Source of the DNA: Candidatus Aenigmatarchaeota archaeon
Lineage (GTDB): Archaea > Aenigmatarchaeota > Aenigmatarchaeia > QMZP01 > QMZT01
Direction: 5' to 3'
NCBI GenBank assembly: GCA_043808015.1
Contig: JAZDFI010000008.1
Span: forward strand, 1 to 64,000
DNA: 64,000 nt
Part shown: one piece after another, positions 1 through 9,636 of the stretch
Position numbering within the stretch: position 1 is the stretch's first letter
Layout of the letters: each line of letters opens with the position of its first letter
The notes under the pieces: generated by a model
Databases searched by the model: none
What the model was told of the DNA's origin: nothing
What the model saw: only the letters and a program-made list of their open reading frames with translations
Made by a program: the position numbers and the translations under genes

Positions 1-1
1 G

Positions 2-3000
2 ACGGCCAGCTGGGATAAGCTGACCAAGACCGGCATAAATTCCTTCAGCAAAGAAAACTACGAATCCGACAGGATTGACCTTTATCTCGGCCCCGGCGCT
101 TCCGGCGAGACTGTGAAAAGCTACATAGAAACTTATTATTCCATCCCGTCGGACAACATGAACAGGACAATCTTCGCTTCAGTGAGCGGTTCATCGACGA
201 CGAAGATATACGACCTCTCCGGCAACAAGGACAAGATAGACCCGACAGGGACGGGCACGCCTTCATTCTATTACACGAAACTCACCGGTAACGTCTTCAA
301 CAAGAGCTATGGCACATGGGACTTCGTCTTCGCAGCCGACGGCAAGACTGCGAATCCTGCGATTTTCTACTCCACGACCGCCGGCCCCCAGTCGAGCGGA
401 GGCGCCAGCCTCGCCGTAGACGACTGGTCACCCCAGGTAGTGACGTGCGGCAGCAGCGAGGTCATAAAGGCGAACATGCACGCGACCAACGCGAGCATGG
501 GCTATTACCAGTCTTATTATTACACGATAGCAGGCGTACGAGCAGGGGAAGGCACGATGACATGCTCGGTCGTGAATCCGAACGCCAGCATGTATTCCTA
601 TCAGTGTTCGATTCCTGTCGCAACCTTCCCCGCATGCTCTGCCCCAGCGACGGCGACGATTAATGTTTACTTCAATTATCAGGGAGGCGTGCAGCTGTCT
701 GGAAGCTTCCCGATAACTCTCAAAGCGCCGCTGCCGAAAATCTCGGTTACTTCGCTAGCGCCGACCCCATTCGACTGCGGCATCGACAAGGCGATAACCG
801 CCAGGCTTTACGTTTCCAACCCGTCCGGCGTGACGCCGGTAAAGCAGTATACTTTCGACGGCAAGAACTTCAACGCGCTGAACTGCACGGGCTCCGGCGA
901 GAACTACGTATGCACGATCGGGGAGAACAGCGTCTGCCAGCTGATGCAGGAAAATCTCGGGCTGACGTTCAAGTTCACTTATGGCGATGTCGAGGTCGTC
1001 TCGCTGCCTTCGACGGTACTCGTGACATTCCCGCCGCCCTCCCTAGGGATAGATACCGTGACGCCGCAGACCGTGGAAGCGGGCAAGACGACTTCCGCGA
1101 ACGTCCTGCTTCACATCAACTACCCGGACTTCATGACATACACCACGTCCGGATTCAACTACAAATACCTCAGCAAGGCGTATGCTGCGGCTAACTGCTC
1201 GCTGGAGACGTCGTACTCTAATATCAAATATTATAAGTGTTACATCGCTCTCGACATCGCGGCTGACAAGAGCGGCGTCGATACCCTCTCGTTCAGACTC
1301 GATGGTTTCAAGGACAGCAAACCGCACCAGATATTCGCTAATGCGTTCTACGAGATTCTGCCGCCCACGCCAGCGCCGAGCCTGCAGATAATCTCGACTT
1401 CGTCACCTCTAAGATGCGTGCAGGACTCGTCGCTCACGGTCACGGCAAGAGCGGACAACATAGCCGGCACGCCAGCGACTTCGTATTCGCTGGACAGCGG
1501 CAAGACATACAAGACGCTCGTCTGCTCGTCTTCATCCGGCCTGTACACGTGCACGATCGCCAAGGATGACATCTGCACGCTCATGGATTCTTCAGTCACA
1601 TTATTGCTCAAGTTTGTCTACCCGTCCGCGACAGTGACTAGCAATCCCCAGACAGTCTACGTGACGCTGCCCGAGCCGCACATGCAAGTTTATTCGCTGG
1701 TTCCGGAAACGCTCACCGTCGGCGACAAAACTACGGTAACTGTGAATCTTTTCATCCAGGAGCCCAAGATGGCGGGCTCGAACCCCGTTTTCACTTATGC
1801 GTACCTCGCCAAAGCCAGCCAGAAGATGACGTGTTCGAAAGTCTCGTCCACGAGCAACCGCGACTTCTATGAGTGCACGAGCGTCGTCTTCGAGGTGCCT
1901 GCTGATTACGCGAATACAGCGGTGCCGGTAACTTTCGCGATTCAGGGCACGACCATTTCCTTCCCGCTTGCCGTGCCGGTGGGCGAGGGCGCCGGAGCGA
2001 AGCCGTGGCTTGAAATAATTTCCACGACCCCGTCCAGAATCGAGATCTTTCAGGGTAACCAGACTCAGGCAACGTTCAGCGTGGCCGTGCACAATGCGGC
2101 TGAAGCGGGCCTGAAACACCAGGCGTCCGTCGTGCCGAACAGCGTCATAACGTCAGGCACGTGCACTGAAGCCAGCCTGGAATACAACTTCGACTGCAAT
2201 GTCGTGATAAAGACGGACAAGACGACTAAAGTCGGTGCCATGCCAGCGAACCTGACTTTGCGCGTCACAGGGACGAAAAATTATGATGTAAAGAATTCCA
2301 CGACCGTTTATGTTATAGCCGAAGGGACAGGCGTCGTCATTCAATCCATAAGCCCGGAGACAGTTTATTGCGAGGGCAGCAAGCAGGCGAATCCCGAGGC
2401 GGTGAAAGTCACGGCCAATGCCAAGAGCCTCGGCACGTTCAGCGTGCTCGAGGAGGACATGACTTTCAACGGCAAGACGCTGGTCCACACGGCCAGATAC
2501 TGCACGCAACAGGGCCAGACCATATCCTGCAACATTCCGACGGATGCCCTTTTTGAGGGAGTGACGTGCGGCTCCGGCGAACTCGCTCCCGGTTCCGGCA
2601 CGCGCTACTATCCGCTTACGCTCACGTTCCTTGTCAGCTCAGGCGACGAGCAGCTGGCCATAACGGGATCGAAGGACATCGCGGTCGTTTCGAGGCCTCT
2701 CGAACAGTATCTTGATATTGTTGACAGCGACGTTGTTGGGGGAATGCTCCAGAGCAAGATAAACTGCCTTGGCACGCAATCGATAAAGCTTGGCGACACA
2801 GGCTACGTCAGAATAATGTACGCTGACCTGCTGCATGCGGAGCCGAAAGACGACCTCGTATGGTCTTTCAAGCTCGAGGCCGAGGACGGCAAGGGAAAGC
2901 TGACGAAGGGTATGGGCACGTCGCCTGATACGAATTCGACTGTGTGCAAGTTCAGGACATACCAGAAGGTGGGTGTTCATCGCGTCGAGGATTACGAATG

Positions 3001-5017
3001 CTCGCTTTACATGGATTACAAGCTCTTCCAGAGATGCGAAAGCGGCGACGGCCAGATAACGCTCGTCGCGACTGCCGCCGGCAAGAAGGCTGAAGGCAAG
3101 ATTGATGCAGGCATAGTGAAGGACGACAGCAAATACCAGTTCGATTTCGACGTCATCACGGCGCCAAGTTCCAGTGTCGACTGCCAGATACAGAGCGAGG
3201 GCAAAACCGTGCCCTGCTCGTTCGCATCGGACTCTAACCAGAACGTTACCATACGCATCTACAACAAGAACGCGGCGGTCGGCATGGCCGACCTGAGCCT
3301 TTATGATTTTGATATCGCATTCAAGGACGCGAAAGTCCCTGCAGGCGAACGCTCTCTGGGGAACTGCCAGAAGATCAAGGACACGGACAAGTATCTTTGC
3401 CCGTTCCAGATAGGCCCGACCATAAAGCTGCCTGACAGCTCGGAATACGTCGTGACGAACAGCTCCAGCCAGACAGAACTGCCGGCAATCGAGTTTGGCA
3501 GCTCCAACATCACGCTTTACGTCAAATACGCCGGAGACCTCGAGAGGAAGGCGTTATCGAAGCTCGACGGCACCATCACCATCCACCCGAAGAAGACTGA
3601 TGCCCTGATAAACGCGGAGAAGATGAAGGAGAAGATGGCAAATTCGTTCAAGAGCTTCCAGAGCATATTCAAGATAATAATCACGATACTGTCATTCTGC
3701 GCGGTCTGCAAGGCCGGCAACACGATAGTCGGTGCCGCCAAGGGCGCCATAAGCGGCCTCGGCAAAGATAAATGCAATCCTGAGTGCGCCGGTTCTCAGG
3801 TATGCAATAGCGGCAAGTGTGAGGCGCCGAGCACGGGACAGCCACAATCGAAATCATACTGTTATGTCCTTGGGACCCAAACTGGCACATGCGGCAGTGC
3901 GCCATGCATTGGCGCTGTTCTTAGTATTACGGCAAAGGATGGCTGTTCCCAATTACCAGAAGATAAAAAATCCGGCTGCGAAAGTTGCTTTTCTTCTTCG
4001 GCAGGCAGCGACTTCTCCGCCGGCGACATCATCACGATTTTGGTAGCCGTGGCAACTGTAGTTTATACTATAATAGCGCTCAGCAAGCTTAACTTATTCG
4101 GCAGCGCCGACGACCAGAAGAGCGAAATGACAAAGGCGATGGAGAACGGCATGAAATGGGGCTTCGCCGTTTGCGTGCTTCCGAGGATAGTCGGCGAACT
4201 GGGCGCATGGGCGGCCAAAGATGACAGCAAAGCTGAAAACGCATTCGAAGGCGTCGCCGCGTTCGGCGAGGGCGTGGGCAAGGCCTGCGACATACTGCTC
4301 GGGTTCATGCCGCTCATAATGGGATTCCTGAATTTCTATCTCAGCTACCTGCAGTTCGAGATGTGCATGGAATCAGTTCAGGCCCAGATTGACATGGGAG
4401 CGCAGTCCGCGGGCGCGTCGTCCAACCCTGCCTACCAGGCACAGGCGGGCGCGCAGGCAGGCATCTCCACCATGAACAGCATGATGCAATGCTTCAGCAT
4501 ACTTTCTAACGCGCTCAGTCAATTGACCAACAACCTTGTGATACTGGGCCAGTATGCAGGCTCCTCTTTCGGTGGCCTGAACGTGCATTACATCTACATG
4601 GGAACTGACGTCACATCATCCAGACAACTTAATGGCGGTCCGGGAGTATTCATGGTGAGCGTTTCGAATGCATGCAGTGGAACGTCGCAAGCCACTGTAA
4701 GCATAGCAGGAACAGGATGCAGCAACAGTTGCCAACTACCGTGTTCAAACAATTACAACAACGTAAACGCGAACCAGCAGAATTTAAATTGTCAGCTTCA
4801 ATCGACAAACACCTGTGCAAAAGGCCAAATAAACGTCGTTGTCAACGGCAAGTCTGACACCTTGCAATACGACCCGACCGCAAGCGGAGGCAACCCCACG
4901 ACCGGCAAGATATGCACAGCGAATAGTGAATGCACCAATGGCGAAACATGCTGCGTAGGCGATCCTGCCCAGCCAACTGTTAAGAAATGTTTGCAAACAT
5001 CTCAATGCGCTGTTTAA
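2..5017 (+). CDS. Giant Cys-rich surface/membrane protein with repeated Ig-like domains (5' end outside window)
   Basis: Frame is open from position 2, upstream of the GTG at 113. Repeated beta-rich ~100-aa units with Cys pairs, many N-x-S/T sequons, hydrophobic helices and Cys-rich motifs near the C-terminus. Confidence 0.8.
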   Translation, partial: TASWDKLTKTGINSFSKENYESDRIDLYLGPGASGETVKSYIETYYSIPSDNMNRTIFASVSGSSTTKIYDLSGNKDKIDPTGTGTPSFYYTKLTGNVFNKSYGTWDFVFAADGKTANPAIFYSTTAGPQSSGGASLAVDDWSPQVVTCGSSEVIKANMHATNASMGYYQSYYYTIAGVRAGEGTMTCSVVNPNASMYSYQCSIPVATFPACSAPATATINVYFNYQGGVQLSGSFPITLKAPLPKISVTSLAPTPFDCGIDKAITARLYVSNPSGVTPVKQYTFDGKNFNALNCTGSGENYVCTIGENSVCQLMQENLGLTFKFTYGDVEVVSLPSTVLVTFPPPSLGIDTVTPQTVEAGKTTSANVLLHINYPDFMTYTTSGFNYKYLSKAYAAANCSLETSYSNIKYYKCYIALDIAADKSGVDTLSFRLDGFKDSKPHQIFANAFYEILPPTPAPSLQIISTSSPLRCVQDSSLTVTARADNIAGTPATSYSLDSGKTYKTLVCSSSSGLYTCTIAKDDICTLMDSSVTLLLKFVYPSATVTSNPQTVYVTLPEPHMQVYSLVPETLTVGDKTTVTVNLFIQEPKMAGSNPVFTYAYLAKASQKMTCSKVSSTSNRDFYECTSVVFEVPADYANTAVPVTFAIQGTTISFPLAVPVGEGAGAKPWLEIISTTPSRIEIFQGNQTQATFSVAVHNAAEAGLKHQASVVPNSVITSGTCTEASLEYNFDCNVVIKTDKTTKVGAMPANLTLRVTGTKNYDVKNSTTVYVIAEGTGVVIQSISPETVYCEGSKQANPEAVKVTANAKSLGTFSVLEEDMTFNGKTLVHTARYCTQQGQTISCNIPTDALFEGVTCGSGELAPGSGTRYYPLTLTFLVSSGDEQLAITGSKDIAVVSRPLEQYLDIVDSDVVGGMLQSKINCLGTQSIKLGDTGYVRIMYADLLHAEPKDDLVWSFKLEAEDGKGKLTKGMGTSPDTNSTVCKFRTYQKVGVHRVEDYECSLYMDYKLFQRCESGDGQITLVATAAGKKAEGKIDAGIVKDDSKYQFDFDVITAPSSSVDCQIQSEGKTVPCSFASDSNQNVTIRIYNKNAAVGMADLSLYDFDIAFKDAKVPAGERSLGNCQKIKDTDKYLCPFQIGPTIKLPDSSEYVVTNSSSQTELPAIEFGSSNITLYVKYAGDLERKALSKLDGTITIHPKKTDALINAEKMKEKMANSFKSFQSIFKIIITILSFCAVCKAGNTIVGAAKGAISGLGKDKCNPECAGSQVCNSGKCEAPSTGQPQSKSYCYVLGTQTGTCGSAPCIGAVLSITAKDGCSQLPEDKKSGCESCFSSSAGSDFSAGDIITILVAVATVVYTIIALSKLNLFGSADDQKSEMTKAMENGMKWGFAVCVLPRIVGELGAWAAKDDSKAENAFEGVAAFGEGVGKACDILLGFMPLIMGFLNFYLSYLQFEMCMESVQAQIDMGAQSAGASSNPAYQAQAGAQAGISTMNSMMQCFSILSNALSQLTNNLVILGQYAGSSFGGLNVHYIYMGTDVTSSRQLNGGPGVFMVSVSNACSGTSQATVSIAGTGCSNSCQLPCSNNYNNVNANQQNLNCQLQSTNTCAKGQINVVVNGKSDTLQYDPTASGGNPTTGKICTANSECTNGETCCVGDPAQPTVKKCLQTSQCAV

Positions 5018-5019
5018 AA

Positions 5020-5259
5020 TCAAACCAATACGTCCAATTCTCTCAGGATTTCGAGCCACGCCCAGGCCCAGATGATGGCTTCGAACGCGCGGATTGGATC
5101 GCCTTTTTTCGCGAAGTATTTCGAGTCGTCTATGTAGGCGCGGACGTTTTCGAGAAGCGCTTCGCCCTTCTTGTTCTTCGCTTTTGCTTTTTTGATTTCC
5201 TTCTCTATGCGCTTCGTCCATTTTATAGTCTCGCTTTGCAGATCCGCCTTGACAGTCAT
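5020..5259 (-). CDS. DUF357 family protein
   Basis: Motif 'AYIDDSKYF..KGD.IRAFEAIIWAWAWLE'; ATG at 5259. Confidence 0.8.
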   Translation of the reverse strand: MTVKADLQSETIKWTKRIEKEIKKAKAKNKKGEALLENVRAYIDDSKYFAKKGDPIRAFEAIIWAWAWLEILRELDVLV

Positions 5260-5331
5260 GAAAAGATATTGGCCTTTTGATATAATAATCAGCAATAGTC
5301 AACAATTAAATAACCGCAACCAACTATTATT

Positions 5332-5703
5332 ATGTTCGAGTTCCTGCAGGGCTTCGCTGGTCTGGGAGACCAGGGCCTCATAATCTTCTTCGCGGTTTTC
5401 GTCATATTCACCATACTGGCCTACAAGCTGGTAAAATTCGTTTTCAAGGCGCTCATGCTGGGCCTCGTGGCCGCGATGTTCCCGGTAGTGGGCAACATGG
5501 TGCTGGGCATGAGCATAGACATATCGTTATACAACATGGTCTGGTTCGCCCTGACGGGCATAGCGCTTTTTGTCGCGTATTCGGCGATACGCACGGGCTG
5601 GAAGTTCGTGAAGCTGATATTCTCGCCGCTCAAGCTTTTCAGGCGCGGCGGGAAGAAGGCATCGAAGCCCAAGGAATCTCCCAAGCCAGCCGCTGGCGAA
5701 TAA
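5332..5703 (+). CDS. Small membrane protein (about 3 TM), hypothetical
   Basis: Three hydrophobic stretches, basic tail, host-like codon usage. Confidence 0.7.
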   Translation: MFEFLQGFAGLGDQGLIIFFAVFVIFTILAYKLVKFVFKALMLGLVAAMFPVVGNMVLGMSIDISLYNMVWFALTGIALFVAYSAIRTGWKFVKLIFSPLKLFRRGGKKASKPKESPKPAAGE

Positions 5704-5754
5704 CGACGAAGCAGCCCAGCTTATTTTTAAGATGCGGAGGCAATTAATACAAAT

Positions 5755-6738
5755 ATGATTGAAGAAGTCGAGCGCATGCTGAAGAAGAAGGGCAAGGCCA
5801 TAGAGAAAGAGCTCGAAAAAGCGATACCCAGGAAAGGGACGCCGAACCTCAACGACGCAGTCTGGTATCATCTGAACTCAGGCGGCAAGCGCGTGCGTCC
5901 GGTGCTGGCGATACTCACGTGCGAAGCGCTGGGATGCGACACGAACAAGGTCATGCCCTTCGCGGCCGCCTGCGAGCTGCTCCACAACTGGCTGCTCGTG
6001 CACGACGACATAGAGGACGGAGACCGCATGCGCAGGGACAAGCCGGCGTTGTGGGTCAAATACGGCGTGGCCCACGGCATAAACGTGGGCGATTTCATGT
6101 CGCTCAAAGTCGTCGATATAGTGCTCAATTCGCAGCTGGACGACGCGATAAAGCTTTCTCTCTTTGCTGAAATAGCCGAGACGTGCGTAAAAACGGCCCA
6201 AGGCCAGACGATGGACATGAACCTGCGCGGCCAGCGGAGCCCGAGCGAGAAAGATTACATGAAGATGATAGAGCTGAAGACGGCCTGGTATCTCACGCTT
6301 CCTATGGTGGGCGGCGCGATTGTCGCCGGCAGGACGGGCCTCGTGCCCAAGATAAAGGAATTCGGCATGAAAGTCGGCCCCGCGTTCCAGATAGCAGACG
6401 ACCTGCTCGATCTGACGGAAGGCAAGGGGCGCGGCGAGATAGGCTCGGACATAAAAGAGGGGAAGCGCAGCATCATGGTCGTGCACTGCTCGGTCAAGTG
6501 CAGCCGCGACGAACGGAAGCGGATGTTCGAGATTCTGGACAAGCCGCGCGAGAACACCACCAAAGGCGACATAGCATACGTGAAATCACTTTTCGAGAAA
6601 CACGGCTCCATTGAATATGCCAGGCAAAAGGCGCGCAGCCTTGTGGACGAAAGCACGCAGACGACGTCTTCGATGCCAGGCGAATTGCGCAGCATGCTGG
6701 ACGATTTCGCGCGCTACCTGATAGAAAGGAAAAAGTAG
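5755..6738 (+). CDS. idsA: Polyprenyl diphosphate synthase (GGPP synthase, IdsA family)
   Basis: GGKRVRP, first Asp-rich motif LVHDDIEDGD..RR, GQTMD, KTA, second motif FQIADDLLD. Confidence 0.92.
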   Translation: MIEEVERMLKKKGKAIEKELEKAIPRKGTPNLNDAVWYHLNSGGKRVRPVLAILTCEALGCDTNKVMPFAAACELLHNWLLVHDDIEDGDRMRRDKPALWVKYGVAHGINVGDFMSLKVVDIVLNSQLDDAIKLSLFAEIAETCVKTAQGQTMDMNLRGQRSPSEKDYMKMIELKTAWYLTLPMVGGAIVAGRTGLVPKIKEFGMKVGPAFQIADDLLDLTEGKGRGEIGSDIKEGKRSIMVVHCSVKCSRDERKRMFEILDKPRENTTKGDIAYVKSLFEKHGSIEYARQKARSLVDESTQTTSSMPGELRSMLDDFARYLIERKK

Positions 6739-6784
6739 ACTCCAGCAAAGCCAACCTGCGAGTTCCAAATTCTGCCGCGATGTT

Positions 6785-6815
6785 TTACACTATAGAGAAA
6801 GAAAACGTTTAAACG
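6785..6815 (+). promoter_or_regulatory. Degenerate copy of the putative operator (TTACACTATAGAGAA), 8 bp spacer, then TATA box TTTAAACG of the KaiC-like gene
   Basis: 11/15 match to TTTCACTATAGTTAC with the same 8-nt spacing to a TTTAAA box. Confidence 0.45.
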
Positions 6816-6845
6816 AATATAAGGGAACTGCGGCAAAATATTATT

Positions 6846-7577
6846 ATGCCAAGAAAGACTGATTCTGCATCGAAATTGCCAGGAGGTTCCACGGAGAGGA
6901 CTTCGACGGGCATACACGGGCTTGACGAACTGATTGAAGGCGGCTTCGTCAAAGGGGCGACCATACTCATCACAGGAGGGACGGGCACCGGCAAAACCAC
7001 ATTCTGCGCACAATACATATACGAAGGCCTGAAAAACGGCGAACCGGGCGTCTACATAACGCTCGAAGAGGATCCGGAAGACATAAAGGAAGACGTGAAG
7101 CGCTACGGCTTCGACTTCGAGAAATACGAGAAGGAATGCATATTCAAATTTGTATATCAGAACCCGTTCGAGGTTTCTGACATTGCATCCACAGTCGTGA
7201 ACGCCATAAATTCGATAAACGCCAAACGCGTCGTCCTAGACCCGATCTCGCTGGTCGGCATGTACATGAAGGACCCGGCAGTCCTGCGAAAACGCCTGTT
7301 CGAGATAATACGCGTTCTAAAGAAGACGGGCGCGACGACCATCGTGACTTCCGAAATTTTGGACAACGAGATAGGCGAGCATGTCGGAGGAAGCCTTTCA
7401 CGCGACGGAGTCAGCGAGTTCGTCGCCGACGGAGTCATTGTTCTGAGCCTCTTCGGCATTGGCGAGGGCATCTCAAGATCGATTCTTATAAGAAAGATGA
7501 GAAGGACGAAACACGGCACTGACATCTATCCCATAGAAATGACTGCCGACAAAGGCATAGTTCTTAAAAAAGAATGA
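6846..7577 (+). CDS. KaiC/RAD55-like RecA-superfamily ATPase
   Basis: STGIHGLDELIEGG, Walker A GGTGTGKTT, EE motif, RVVLD, KMR.T.H. Confidence 0.92.
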   Translation: MPRKTDSASKLPGGSTERTSTGIHGLDELIEGGFVKGATILITGGTGTGKTTFCAQYIYEGLKNGEPGVYITLEEDPEDIKEDVKRYGFDFEKYEKECIFKFVYQNPFEVSDIASTVVNAINSINAKRVVLDPISLVGMYMKDPAVLRKRLFEIIRVLKKTGATTIVTSEILDNEIGEHVGGSLSRDGVSEFVADGVIVLSLFGIGEGISRSILIRKMRRTKHGTDIYPIEMTADKGIVLKKE

Positions 7578-7578
7578 A

Positions 7579-8730
7579 TTAGATGTCGTAGCTGTACATC
7601 TGTTCGAGGCTCATTCCATCCGGCTTTTTCCCAACGCCGTTGAAGTCCAGATTCTCGCTTTCGATGTGTTTTCTCGCGAGTCTGTTTATGAAATTTATGG
7701 GGCCTCCATTATGGGCATCCTCGAACACGCGGGCTCCCATTACGCTCAAACCAGTCCTAAGATTTATCATATCCTTCATGTTCATACCTTCGTAATGAAG
7801 CGGTGATATTGAAAGCGGGTGATCTATCACGGCCCTTTCATCCCTCAGTATGTCAACAACGCCGTCGAGGAATGGCACATTTTCAAGTTTGAATTTGATG
7901 TTAGCGCCCTTGCCGCTAGGTCTTAGTATCGGCACTTCTCTAGATATGTCTTTGCCTTTATAGAAAATACCCTTCCCGTCGCCATTACCCCTTCTGACAA
8001 ATTTCAATTGTCCTTTATTGGGGGATATCCACTGTGGGTTTTCCTGCACAGTCGGGTCTCTTAGAACAGCTGCTCCTGCCCATCTGTAAAGGTTGAAATA
8101 TGCCGGTATCGCATCAAATACCCATATCCATGTTGGCGTCTGGCCTTTCTTTCTGGTCTCCCTTACTGCGAGGTTGTAGGTTCCCGCGTATAAGCCCAGC
8201 CTCGCCGGAAGGTCACCGTTATCCGCCTTGAGTTTGAAGTGTCTGTAAAGTTCGGCCATCTCCCCGGGTTTTATGTCCCTGTCCCTGCCATAGTTTAGCC
8301 TTATGTATTTTTTTCTGAAATCATCAAGGCTGGCCCCGACCGGGTAGCTGCCCGGCTTGAACCTGTTTTCAAGTGGCAGGCCGACACGATCGCCATTGTA
8401 GGTGTCGCCTATATCAGTTGCGACACTAAGACCGCCTATCACATTGCCTTTCTCGTCAATAGTCACTATGTGAACGGTCCCCGGCCTTTCGTCGTGCGGA
8501 TTGGTCTCTATCTTCTTTTCTTTGTCGGGGTTTACTGCTGTGCAGTAAATTGGCTTTCCGGACTCAAGAATTTTATATCTGCCTTCTAACATCTGTTTGT
8601 AAAGGGCTGAATCTGACATCTCAGATGCCGGATAGCCGTCAAAAGGCAAGCCATTGGTGAGAGCATGTATTTCGAACATCTTGCTTCTACCATTCACGTT
8701 GCCGCCAATCCGACCTAAATATACAGACAT
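7579..8730 (-). CDS. Divergent GNAT acyltransferase of the LuxI / N-acyl amino acid synthase (FeeM) type, putative
   Basis: Ordered motifs 'RY.I..', 'E.N.HD', 'HIV....G.VIG...V', 'LPLE..F' and 'AELYRHF' parallel the LuxI/FeeM/ExoAT pattern R-Y..V, E-x-D-x-[YF]-D, G..R, LP.E, E.SR. GGAGA lies upstream of the ATG at 8730; the ORF-track start at 8763 is TTG. Confidence 0.55.
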   Translation of the reverse strand: MSVYLGRIGGNVNGRSKMFEIHALTNGLPFDGYPASEMSDSALYKQMLEGRYKILESGKPIYCTAVNPDKEKKIETNPHDERPGTVHIVTIDEKGNVIGGLSVATDIGDTYNGDRVGLPLENRFKPGSYPVGASLDDFRKKYIRLNYGRDRDIKPGEMAELYRHFKLKADNGDLPARLGLYAGTYNLAVRETRKKGQTPTWIWVFDAIPAYFNLYRWAGAAVLRDPTVQENPQWISPNKGQLKFVRRGNGDGKGIFYKGKDISREVPILRPSGKGANIKFKLENVPFLDGVVDILRDERAVIDHPLSISPLHYEGMNMKDMINLRTGLSVMGARVFEDAHNGGPINFINRLARKHIESENLDFNGVGKKPDGMSLEQMYSYDI

Positions 8731-8746
8731 ATCAAAAGTCTCCGCA

Positions 8747-9289
8747 TTAATATTTCGATTCAAATTCGCAATACTGCGCCCCTTTGCAAATGCATGTTTT
8801 TTCTATCAGATGCGCATTTTTTATGCCAAGCTCAATTTCACCGTGGCCTGAGAAAAGGCCTGCAATGAAATTGCAAATGTGTGATTTTTCACCATACATC
8901 TCTTTCGCGTGCTCTACTATCGGGTTGTTGAAGACGTGTATTATGACGTGATGATGGCCGTCGCTTTTTATTTCATTTTTCACAAACTGTACATTCCCGT
9001 ATCCTATGAAATCCATCAGAGCAATGACGAGCTGAAGGGATATCCAGCCGCCTTTTATTTTGGCGCCGCTTGCCTTCAGGATTTCTTCGCCGTTCATCAG
9101 CCCCTCTTCATAGCCTATCCTGTAAAGCTCTTCCGGGCCCATATGGTTACCTATTTCCTGCATTATGTGGGCAAAGCCTGAAGAAGGATAAAGTGTCCAG
9201 TCCATTTTACCGAACATTTTTATCCTGCTTTTTTCTGTGGTGAAACCTCTGCTGATGAGCATTTTTTTAAGTATAGTCGCTATAACCAT
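8747..9289 (-). CDS. V4R (4-vinyl reductase) small-ligand-binding domain protein
   Basis: 'LYRIGYEEG', 'GYG', 'ICNFIAGLFSG', 'E.TCICKGAQYCEF'; TAATG coupling to the upstream wHTH gene. Confidence 0.88.
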   Translation of the reverse strand: MVIATILKKMLISRGFTTEKSRIKMFGKMDWTLYPSSGFAHIMQEIGNHMGPEELYRIGYEEGLMNGEEILKASGAKIKGGWISLQLVIALMDFIGYGNVQFVKNEIKSDGHHHVIIHVFNNPIVEHAKEMYGEKSHICNFIAGLFSGHGEIELGIKNAHLIEKTCICKGAQYCEFESKY

Positions 9290-9540
9290 TATTCCACCCT
9301 TATCAGTTCGTATATTGCTCTTAACCTTTCCATGTCGTGAGGCCAGGCGATCAGTGCTTTACCAATCCTTTTAGTCTTGACCTTCTCTTTACGTTCCAAT
9401 TCCTTTATATGGTAGCTGATTTTTTTGATGTTGGCATTGTTTACTTCAAGGCCGAGATCCCTGACGAGCTCTTTTATGTGAACAGGCCAGTGATGCTCCA
9501 CTAGTTCAAGTACGCTTTTGCGCAACTCCTTGCCTTTCAT
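9289..9540 (-). CDS. Winged helix-turn-helix DNA-binding protein
   Basis: 83 aa, 'VLELV...WPVHIKELVRDL...ISYHIKELER..KV...RIGK' wHTH pattern. Confidence 0.8.
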   Translation of the reverse strand: MKGKELRKSVLELVEHHWPVHIKELVRDLGLEVNNANIKKISYHIKELERKEKVKTKRIGKALIAWPHDMERLRAIYELIRVE

Positions 9541-9560
9541 ATTTTATTATATAAGTGAGA

Positions 9561-9593
9561 AATCTTTAAATAAATATTGTAACTACAGTGAAA
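9561..9593 (-). promoter_or_regulatory. Operator-like box TTTCACTGTAGTTAC (9579-9593), 8 bp spacer, then TATA TTTAAAGA of the wHTH-V4R-GNAT operon
   Basis: 14/15 identical to the box at 11392-11406; box ends 39 nt from the ATG. Confidence 0.7.
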
Positions 9594-9636
9594 ATAATAG
9601 TGATATAACATGTTTCAGAAAAATCTAAAAGAGTTT

